Below, in pieces: positions 56,088 through 64,000 of a stretch of 64,000 bases of DNA. The notes under the pieces were generated by a model that saw only the letters and a list, made by a program, of their open reading frames with translations, was not told where the DNA came from and made no database searches. Location of the stretch: assembly GCA_963665115.1 (NCBI GenBank), contig OY762007.1, positions 7,808,001-7,872,000 on the forward strand, read 5' to 3'. Within the stretch, counting starts at the first letter, position 1. Each line of letters begins with the position of its first letter. Position numbers and translations under genes: made by a program. Origin of the DNA: an uncultured Rivularia sp. (GTDB lineage: Bacteria; Cyanobacteriota; Cyanobacteriia; Cyanobacteriales; Nostocaceae).

Positions 56088-56432
56088 GTGAATAATATAG
56101 ACCAACGGAATCCAGAATTTTTTGATAATCAAACAACAGGTGGCAATTCTTTATTACACTATATTAAATCTTTGAGTCCTGAAACAGTTACTCAACTTTC
56201 TCGACCTGGTTCTTCCGACGTTTCAGAAGCAATTGAACGTACCATCGTAGCTATGTTGGGCGGTTTACCTTCAGATGATTTCAATGTAATGATTAGTACC
56301 AATCGCGAAAACTTAGGAAGACTTCTAGCTTCTGCGATGCTTAATGGTTATCTATTACGTAATGCCGAACAGCGCATGGCATTTGAAAATTCTTTGCAAT
56401 CGTTAGAATCCAATTTCCCAAATAATGATTGA
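56088..56432 (+). CDS. DUF760-family protein
   Basis: LLHYIKSLSPE...LGGLPSDDF...TNRENLGRLLASAMLNGY.LRNAEQR. Confidence 0.85.
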   Translation: MNNIDQRNPEFFDNQTTGGNSLLHYIKSLSPETVTQLSRPGSSDVSEAIERTIVAMLGGLPSDDFNVMISTNRENLGRLLASAMLNGYLLRNAEQRMAFENSLQSLESNFPNND

Positions 56433-56457
56433 AACAATTAATCTAGTCAATAAATTA

Positions 56458-56487
56458 AGCCCTAGTCCCCTGACTGGGGTTTTTTAT
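56458..56487 (+). terminator. Intrinsic terminator
   Basis: GCCCTAGTC-CCCT-GACTGGGGT hairpin followed by a T tract downstream of DUF760. Confidence 0.6.
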
Positions 56488-56704
56488 TGTATGATTTGAT
56501 GGAAACTGGGCATTGGGAATTGGGCATTGGGAATTATAAGCGGACGATTATGCCTAATAAAAGAAAAAAATAACCTTAAGAATATTTTTATTTTCAGGAA
56601 ATACTGTTGATATTGAAGAAATAACAATTATATATTATTGATTGATATTAAATCTTTTACCAATTCCCAATTACCAATTACCAATTACCAATTACCTTTC
56701 TATT

Positions 56705-57403
56705 ATGTACAAGCGACTTTTGCTGATATTTAGCTTGATGTTAAGTGGTATGGGTATTGCTGCATTTTTTGTTTGGCAACAAGCGATGCAGTTACCTTCC
56801 TGGTATATTCAATCTTCCTCAAATGAAAAGATAATTTCTTCCAGTAAACAAGCTAATAATTTAAGATATCCTGAAGCAGTATTGCGTAAAGTCTCCGATA
56901 GTTTGACAGCCACAACTATAGGAGAGGTAGAACTTAATGCAGAAGAAGTAAACTCATTAATTGCTTCTTCTATTGGAAAAAAGGGAAATGCTAAACAATT
57001 CGCTTCTGCAATTAAAGGTACAAATACTACAATTGAAAATGGTAAAATTTCTGTAGGTGCTGTTGTTGAAACTGCATCTATTCCCGTAGAAGAATTATCT
57101 GCACAAAAACAAACTAAAATTATTCAATTATTACAGCGTTTACCGGGCAAACAGAAACAAGTTTACATTGGAATTGAGGGAAAACCCAGCGTTCGCGATC
57201 AAGAATTTAGCTTTGATGACACTACTCGCGTTTCTCTAGGTTATTTTAGCTTTCCGATTGCTGAAGTTTCGCAAAATATAGGTATTCCTCAAAACAGTAT
57301 TAATCAACTTCTTTCTCAAGAACTAAAAAAGCTACCAATTAAACTTGAAAGTATAAATATTCAAGGTGAGCGTCTTGTAATTCGTGGATCTAAGAGTCAA
57401 TGA
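56705..57403 (+). CDS. Hypothetical membrane-anchored protein
   Basis: N-terminal TM then WQQA.QLPSWY; YIGIEGKP; intact 232-aa frame after removing the STRR-derived 5' extension. Confidence 0.7.
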   Translation: MYKRLLLIFSLMLSGMGIAAFFVWQQAMQLPSWYIQSSSNEKIISSSKQANNLRYPEAVLRKVSDSLTATTIGEVELNAEEVNSLIASSIGKKGNAKQFASAIKGTNTTIENGKISVGAVVETASIPVEELSAQKQTKIIQLLQRLPGKQKQVYIGIEGKPSVRDQEFSFDDTTRVSLGYFSFPIAEVSQNIGIPQNSINQLLSQELKKLPIKLESINIQGERLVIRGSKSQ

Positions 57404-57477
57404 ACAGTTAGCAATTATCAATTATCAATTACCAGTGAGCAGTTAGGAATTATAACCTTTGACCTTTAACCTTATAC

Positions 57478-57585
57478 CTATTTTTTCCAGGGTAATTTAG
57501 TTCCCATTTCTGTTAAGGCTGAGAAGATGAGATAGATAATTAGCAGGGAAACGCTAAGAATAAAAATAATTAAGTCTTTGTCCAT
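57478..57585 (-). CDS. Small single-TM protein (35 aa)
   Basis: MDKDLIIFILSVSLLIIYLIFSALTEMGTKLPWKK*; hydrophobic helix plus basic tail; below the ORF-track cutoff. Confidence 0.55.
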   Translation of the reverse strand: MDKDLIIFILSVSLLIIYLIFSALTEMGTKLPWKK

Positions 57586-57957
57586 TGATATTAGTTTATG
57601 TGCTTATTTTTTTAAAGCCGATAATCTTTGTATCGTAAACATTTTATCTTTTTGGAACAAGGTTTTAGCAAGAGCATCCCAAGTTTTTCATTTTGTAGTG
57701 CGTTAGCGCAGCGTGTCCGTAAGGACAAGCAGCTTGCTCGGGAGCGCCAGCGAGCCAGATGTATGTCTAATCAATAAAATATGACATTCTAAGTGTATTT
57801 TAAAACTTTTATATTAGCGTGAATATACTTACTTAGAGAAAGAGCTAAATTTTCTTTCAAGATATTAATTATCCTCAATAGTAGTATTTCAAGCCACTTT
57901 ACGAGTACAATATTTATTAAGAAAATATTTAATTGTACTAAAGATGTCTAAATATAT

Positions 57958-57971
57958 GTATCATTAAATAC
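57958..57971. promoter_or_regulatory. Possible NtcA box GTA-N8-TAC
   Basis: GTATCATTAAATAC about 105 bp upstream of the NDH-2 start; no -10 box at the canonical spacing. Confidence 0.3.
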
Positions 57972-58077
57972 TTTTAATAAAAATAAGATGTAAATACGAA
58001 ACAGAAGGCTCTGTTAAAAATGGTAAAAATTTGTTAAGAATGGTGACAGGACTGTTAACGGGAGTAACTTTCATATT

Positions 58078-59439
58078 ATGGATAATAAAACTGGGACTAA
58101 ACCACCACATCACGTGGTTATCGTTGGTGGGGGTTTTGGGGGATTATATACAGCGAAAGCACTAAATAGCAAAGATATAAACGTAACTTTAATAGACAAA
58201 AGAAATTTCCACCTGTTTCAACCGCTTCTGTATCAGGTAGCTACGGGTACTTTATCACCGGCTGATATTTCATCGCCATTGCGATCGGTACTCAAAAAAA
58301 GCAAAAATACTAAAGTGCTGTTGGGAGAGGTTAGCGAGATCGATCCAGAGAAGAAAAATGTGGTGATGAGGGGTGAAGAAATCCCTTATGACAGCTTGAT
58401 TATTGCTACTGGTGCCAAGCATTCGTATTTTGGTAAGGATGAGTGGGAAGAATTCGCACCTGGTTTAAAAACTGTAGAAGATGCGATTGAAATGCGTCGT
58501 CGCATATTTATAGCATTTGAAGCGGCTGAGCAGGAAAAAGATGAAGAAAAACGTCGTGCTTTATTGACCTTTGTGGTGGTTGGTGGTGGCCCGACTGGTG
58601 TAGAATTAGCTGGTGCGATCGCCGAGTTAGCTTACGGTATTCTCAAAGAAGATTTTCGCAACATCGATACTTCAGAAACACAGGTATTGCTTCTAGAAGG
58701 TATGGATCGAATTTTGCCACCCTTTGCACCGGAATTATCTGCAAAAGCTCAAAAATCATTAGAACATTTGGGTGTTACTGTAGTCACAAAAACTTTGGTA
58801 ACGGGTATCGAAGGAGATATAGTTACCGTCAAGCAAGGTGACGAAATCAATAAGTTTGGAGCTAACACCGTATTATGGGCAGCAGGTGTAAAAGCTTCAG
58901 CATTAGGTAAGAAAATAGCAGAAAAAACTGGTGCAGAATGCGATAGAGCCGGAAGAGTAATCGTCGAGCCAGATTTAAGTTTGAAGGGTTATCCAAATAT
59001 ATATGTAATTGGCGATTTAGCACATTTCGCTCACCAAACTGGTAAACCATTGCCCGGTGTTGCACCTGTTGCAATGCAGGAAGGGCAATATGTAGCAAAA
59101 TCCATTAAACAACAGATAAAAGGCAATACTTTAGCACCATTTAACTACGTTGATTACGGGAATTTAGCGGTAATCGGACAACATTCTGCTGTTGTAGATT
59201 TAGGCTTTATGAAACTAACAGGTTTCGTGGCTTGGCTATTCTGGTTATTAATTCACATTTATTATTTAGTTGAATTTGATAACAAATTAGTCGTCATGAC
59301 TCAGTGGATTTGGAACTATTTCACCCGCAATCGTGGAGCAAGATTAATTACAGCGACAGACTTACCAGCACCTGTTGAAGTTAATAGCAAAGTAGATTAT
59401 TATCCGCCAGTTGATGAGAAAAAAGCTGTTAATGTTTAA
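58078..59439 (+). CDS. Type II NADH dehydrogenase (NDH-2)
   Basis: GGGFGG, FQPLLYQVATG, GGGPTGVELAG, LWAAGV, IGD, APVAMQEG. Confidence 0.92.
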   Translation: MDNKTGTKPPHHVVIVGGGFGGLYTAKALNSKDINVTLIDKRNFHLFQPLLYQVATGTLSPADISSPLRSVLKKSKNTKVLLGEVSEIDPEKKNVVMRGEEIPYDSLIIATGAKHSYFGKDEWEEFAPGLKTVEDAIEMRRRIFIAFEAAEQEKDEEKRRALLTFVVVGGGPTGVELAGAIAELAYGILKEDFRNIDTSETQVLLLEGMDRILPPFAPELSAKAQKSLEHLGVTVVTKTLVTGIEGDIVTVKQGDEINKFGANTVLWAAGVKASALGKKIAEKTGAECDRAGRVIVEPDLSLKGYPNIYVIGDLAHFAHQTGKPLPGVAPVAMQEGQYVAKSIKQQIKGNTLAPFNYVDYGNLAVIGQHSAVVDLGFMKLTGFVAWLFWLLIHIYYLVEFDNKLVVMTQWIWNYFTRNRGARLITATDLPAPVEVNSKVDYYPPVDEKKAVNV

Positions 59440-59442
59440 GAA

Positions 59443-59618
59443 ATAGGGAATAGGGAATTGGGCATGGGGCATTGGTAATGGGTAATAGGGAATTGGTAAT
59501 TGGTAATTGGTAATTGGTAATTAGTAGTGGGAGCATCTTGCTCCCTATCTTCCCCATCACCCCATCACCCCATCTCCCCATCACCCCATCTCCCCATCTC
59601 CCCTCTCCCCCTTCCCCT
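59443..59618 (+). repeat. STRR-type arrays (GGTAATT, CCCCATCA/T) flanking a GGGAGCATCTTGCTCCC palindrome
   Basis: Seen directly between convergent genes. Confidence 0.85.
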
Positions 59619-60749
59619 TCACTCCAACGGTATCGTCACAATAAAAGTAGTTCCTACACCTTCTTTACTAATTAAGCTAATTTCTCCTTGGTGCAATTCT
59701 ACATATTGCTTGACAATTGATAATCCTAAACCATGCCCTGGAATTTGCCCGACATTGCTAGCTCTTTGAAAAGAAGTAAACAAATTATCTTGTTCTATTT
59801 CTGGAATACCGATACCTTTATCTTGAATGCGAAAAATAGCTTCTCCCTGTAAGCAGAATAAATCGAAGCGTATTTCTCCACCTTGGGGTGAATATTTAAT
59901 TGCATTAGATAGCAAGTTAGTCAATATGTGTCGAAGTAGCTTTTCGTCTAAACGAAGTAGACTAACATCGGTGGTAGGTGCGCTATCTTCTTTCTGCTGA
60001 GTACAGCATCCTTGAGCTTTGAAAATAATTTGATGTTCTTCTGTTGCTATCAGCTTGATTTCTGCTACTAAATCTTGACAAAATTTTTCTATATCTAAAG
60101 GTGCAGGATTTAATTGAGTTTGATGAACTTCTGCTTTACCAACTAATAATACATCACTCAATAATTGATTGAGATTTTTAACCGCATTTTGTATATGATA
60201 TAAATATTCTTCTTTTTTATTTTCCGTTATTTCTTGACTGTGATTTGCGAGTAATTCAGTCGAATTTAAAATTGTACTTAATGGATTGCGAAATTCATGA
60301 CTTACCATTGAAACGAAACGAGATTTCAGCTCACTCATTTCTTTCTCTTTTTGTAATTCATCTCGCATTACAGTTTCTTGTTGATGCTTGCTTAAAGCTA
60401 TCTCGATGGTAGTAATTAATTGAGTTTCTTCAAAAGGTTTAAGTACGTAACCAAAAGGTTGGGTTGCTTTAGCTTTTTTGATAGTGCTTTCATCAGAGTG
60501 AGCAGTGAGGAAAACTACCGGAATATTAAAAGTATTCATAATTATTTCGGCAGCTTTAATTCCATTCATATCACCTTTAAGCACCATATCCATTAAAACT
60601 AAATCTGGCTGCAATTCTTCTACTTGGGTAATTGCCTTTTCTCCATAAGCGATAACAGCGGGAACAATATAACCCGAATTTTCCAAACAACATTTTATAT
60701 CGCAGGCAATAATTCTTTCGTCTTCCACAATCAAGATTTTGTCTTTCAT
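59619..60749 (-). CDS. Hybrid response regulator-histidine kinase (REC-HisKA-HATPase)
   Basis: ILIVEDE, DLVLMD, KPF; SHEFRNPL; NLLSNAIKY, DKGIG, GLGL. Confidence 0.92.
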   Translation of the reverse strand: MKDKILIVEDERIIACDIKCCLENSGYIVPAVIAYGEKAITQVEELQPDLVLMDMVLKGDMNGIKAAEIIMNTFNIPVVFLTAHSDESTIKKAKATQPFGYVLKPFEETQLITTIEIALSKHQQETVMRDELQKEKEMSELKSRFVSMVSHEFRNPLSTILNSTELLANHSQEITENKKEEYLYHIQNAVKNLNQLLSDVLLVGKAEVHQTQLNPAPLDIEKFCQDLVAEIKLIATEEHQIIFKAQGCCTQQKEDSAPTTDVSLLRLDEKLLRHILTNLLSNAIKYSPQGGEIRFDLFCLQGEAIFRIQDKGIGIPEIEQDNLFTSFQRASNVGQIPGHGLGLSIVKQYVELHQGEISLISKEGVGTTFIVTIPLE

Positions 60750-60756
60750 TTTTATA

Positions 60757-63339
60757 TTATGTATTGCTGTTATCGGTAAATGTAATTCTAAATGAAGTAC
60801 CAAGTTTGGAACTATATACTATTGCCCCTTCTAATTGCTCGACTAAATTCCAGACTAGTTCTAAACCGAGGGATTGCTTTTTTAATGAATCAATATTTTC
60901 TCCTACTCCCACACCGTTATCGCTAACCGATAACGAGTATTTACCAGTTTGCAAAGTTATAAATTCTACATATATTTCTCCTTTCTCACTATTTTTAAAA
61001 GCGTGCTTCATTGAATTGGAAATAAGCTCGTTGATAATTAAACCACAAGGAATTGCCAGATCAATTTTTAAATTTAGTTTTTCAATATTAGCGTTCACCT
61101 TAATATTGGTAATGTTATAACAGCGAATTAAATTATTTGTTAACTTACGAATATACTCTGAAAATTCTATTTTTTCTAAATTATTAGTTTGATATAAATT
61201 TTCGTGAATCAAAGCCATTGCTCGGACGCGATTCAGACTATCCTTAAAAATTTCTAGCGCTTGTTTGTCTTTGATATAGCCAGACTGCAAGCGTAACAAA
61301 CTAGAAATTATCTGTAAGTTATTTTTAACGCGATGATGGATTTCTTTGAGCAATACTTCTTTTTCTTTTAAAGAAGCCTTTAATTTATTTTCTACCTGCT
61401 TGCGAACTGTAATGTCAGTACTTGAACCAGCCATAAAAGCCGGTATACCATCTCGATCGCGAACTACATTACCGCGAGTTAAAAATGAATAAGCATTTCC
61501 ATTTTTGTGCAGCATTCGATGCTCAATTTCGTATTTAGGAATTAACTCTTCTAAATAAGCATTAATTTCGGCTTTGACAAAACCCACATCCTCAGAATGC
61601 ACGAATCGCAACCAGTTACTAAATTGATTAGCTATTTCTTCATCCTTGTAGCCAAGCATCGCTTTCAAATTAGAGTCAATATAAACTTCATTGGTTTGAA
61701 TATTCCATTCCCAAACTCCAACTTTTCCCGCACTTATAGCTCGTGCGTATCTTTCTTCACTTACCCTTAAAGCTTGTTCTACTCGTTTACGCCCTAGAAC
61801 ATTTCCTAATATTTCTGCTACTATTTTGAGTAAGAAAATGCTGTTTTCCGTCCACGAAGTAGTACTCAAGGATTCAAAACCTAAGAAACCAATTAGGTTC
61901 CCGCTACAAGCAATTGGTAAAATAATCAGAGATTTTATATCTTGGGTTTTAAAAACCTGTTTTTCAACTGTTTTTTGTAAAAGTAAATTCTGTATATCCT
62001 GTAATTGCAAAGTTTCACCACGGTGAAGCTTTTCTATAAACAAAGTCAAATCTTTAACGTAGATATCTTTTAACTCATCAATACGAGATGGAATTTCCGA
62101 AGCACACCACTCATGGGTATTATTAATCGTCTTATAATGTTCTGTCAATAAAAACACATAGCTACGATCTACACCAACAAATTTACTAATAGTCTGTAGT
62201 GCTTTATTAATACCATTATCTATTTCACCGGCAGCAAGATTAATAAAATCAGCCGATATAGTAGTAATTAACTTTTCAAAATCGACTCGAAAACGAAGTT
62301 CTTCTTCAATTCGCTCCCTTTCGATAATTTCTTGTCGCAAGCGATAATTTGTCTTTCTTAATTCGTAAGTACGTTCTTCAACTCTGATTTCCAATTTATC
62401 TTTAGCGTTTTGCAACTCTATTTCTGCCTGCTTGCGTTCGGTTATATCGCGCACAATGACGATAATATGATTTCCAATTGTGCTTTGCAATCTTGCTTCA
62501 AAACTTTTTTCTCCAGATGGTACCGATAAAGAGTATTCAATTGCAATTAGGGAATCAGTTTCCAGCACTTGGGAGATAGCTTCCTGAAATTTATCGGCAA
62601 TAGTATACGGTACAATTTCTTGTAATTTTTTGCCTAAAAACTTTTCAGGTGGTAAATATAAATCAGAAAATTCTTTTGTATGACAGCTAAGGATAGTGCC
62701 GTCACTTTTCAAACGAAAGTAGATATCGGGAAAAGCCTGGAATAACTCTTGTAACTCATTCGTTGTCTGTAAAAGTTGTGCTTCAGTTGCCAGACTGTCG
62801 CATATTTTATGTTGCAATAATTTATTAGTGTCCTTTAAATTATCAAGCTCGGTTCTTATTTTATTATTATTATGTATTTTTTCTTTTATCTGGCTGACTA
62901 AATTGTTATTTTTTTGTACTTTTTTTTGTATTTTTTTTATAGTATTTGAAAGCTCTACCTGCAATCTTTGAGCAATAATTATTGGAGTAACTATTTCTTT
63001 TAATTCTCCCGAACGATTCACAATTGGCAAAGACCTGATATTATTATCTTGCATAAAAGATAGTGCCTGCTGATAATCGTAATTAAGCTGTAAAGTAATT
63101 GCTGGTTTCATTACTTCAGCTACTTTCATTTGTTCTAAGTTGGTACCAGAAGTAATCAAATGAACTAAATCAAAAAGTTTTAATATACCTACAATTTGTG
63201 AATTATCGACAACAAATAACTCTTGAATTACTATATCTTTTTCTTTAAATTGTTTTATTAAACCGACAATTTCCGTCAAAAGAGTTTCAGGCGAAACTGT
63301 CAGATTGGAGTCTTTAATAACATCTGCGACTAAAAGCAT
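60757..63339 (-). CDS. Multi-sensor histidine kinase (CBS-PAS-GAF-PAS-HisKA_2/HATPase)
   Basis: N-terminal CBS pair, RDITERK, GAF (DRSYVF...HEWC), [36 protein letters not shown]. Confidence 0.9.
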   Translation of the reverse strand: MLLVADVIKDSNLTVSPETLLTEIVGLIKQFKEKDIVIQELFVVDNSQIVGILKLFDLVHLITSGTNLEQMKVAEVMKPAITLQLNYDYQQALSFMQDNNIRSLPIVNRSGELKEIVTPIIIAQRLQVELSNTIKKIQKKVQKNNNLVSQIKEKIHNNNKIRTELDNLKDTNKLLQHKICDSLATEAQLLQTTNELQELFQAFPDIYFRLKSDGTILSCHTKEFSDLYLPPEKFLGKKLQEIVPYTIADKFQEAISQVLETDSLIAIEYSLSVPSGEKSFEARLQSTIGNHIIVIVRDITERKQAEIELQNAKDKLEIRVEERTYELRKTNYRLRQEIIERERIEEELRFRVDFEKLITTISADFINLAAGEIDNGINKALQTISKFVGVDRSYVFLLTEHYKTINNTHEWCASEIPSRIDELKDIYVKDLTLFIEKLHRGETLQLQDIQNLLLQKTVEKQVFKTQDIKSLIILPIACSGNLIGFLGFESLSTTSWTENSIFLLKIVAEILGNVLGRKRVEQALRVSEERYARAISAGKVGVWEWNIQTNEVYIDSNLKAMLGYKDEEIANQFSNWLRFVHSEDVGFVKAEINAYLEELIPKYEIEHRMLHKNGNAYSFLTRGNVVRDRDGIPAFMAGSSTDITVRKQVENKLKASLKEKEVLLKEIHHRVKNNLQIISSLLRLQSGYIKDKQALEIFKDSLNRVRAMALIHENLYQTNNLEKIEFSEYIRKLTNNLIRCYNITNIKVNANIEKLNLKIDLAIPCGLIINELISNSMKHAFKNSEKGEIYVEFITLQTGKYSLSVSDNGVGVGENIDSLKKQSLGLELVWNLVEQLEGAIVYSSKLGTSFRITFTDNSNT

Positions 63340-64000
63340 AGCGAGAATTTATGAAAACTACATCAATGGTGTAGCAAATAATTTTTACACATTCTTATAT
63401 TTTTTATGCAAAAGCTATATAAAAGGAGGCTTTACAATCAAAGCATTTTACATATTTTAAAGCATCATGGGTTGAGAAAAAATCCTTTAATGAATATCTA
63501 CAACAAAATTTTACCTCGAATTCGAGATGGTGAGATAATATAAATTGCTATACAGGTATTGATAATTTGGTAATTTGAAACTTTAAAATGCTGGCTAAGC
63601 AGTGCTGTTTGAATTGGCATATTTATATTGGCTGAAATGCCGTTTAGTTCTGAATTTAAAATTATTTTTTAGATTTTTTTCAAAAACGATCAACATTGCT
63701 ACCCCGATAAAAATATACTCTCTCCAGCTGCTAGCTTAAGTGATAAATAAAGCTATAGCATCGTGGTTAACACTGATTAGGCATTTGCCTAATTTGTTTA
63801 TCAAGTAATTATAAATAAAAAGGAATGAAGAGATATCGAATGCTTTTTAAACTACTTTTTAGCAATTGCAAAAAAATATTCATCGCTTTTAACTGTATAA
63901 AACAGTAAATTGGTATTAAGCAATCAAAAATATACCGGGGAAACCGATGTCTAGCGAACAGGGTACGCTTGCCGTCTACCATTCTAGTCTTGCATCTATC

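Overview
This is an AT-rich window from a heterocyst-forming (Nostocales-type) cyanobacterium, indicated by many HIP1 octamers (GCGATCGC), STRR-type 7-8 nt tandem repeats, short dispersed palindromes and a heterocyst glycolipid (hgl) island. Left to right it holds four blocks. (1) 1-13.7 kb: a Wzx/Wzc exopolysaccharide locus (GT, epimerase, methyltransferase, two acyltransferases, flippase, wzc, priming sugar transferase, galE) interleaved with decaying toxin-antitoxin and hypothetical cassettes. (2) 14.9-23 kb: DUF2459, a xanthine-dehydrogenase-family molybdoenzyme, ureidoglycolate lyase, DoxX, a PEP-CTERM protein and a P-loop protein. (3) 23.1-53.5 kb: an hgl island with hglB/hetM, hglA, fused hglDC, hglG, hglE, a ParB-domain gene, devB/devC-like exporter genes, an epimerase, DUF2141, GT2, two near-identical tandem hglT copies and a degenerate third hglT remnant; hetN/hetI and a devA ATPase are not in the window. 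(4) 53.8-63.3 kb: a pentapeptide protein, alanine-glyoxylate aminotransferase, DUF760, NDH-2 and a two-kinase signalling pair. About nine genes are split by 1-2 base indels in homopolymer runs, most likely sequencing or assembly errors. No rRNA, tRNA or CRISPR array was seen. All family calls come from motif recognition, not database searches.
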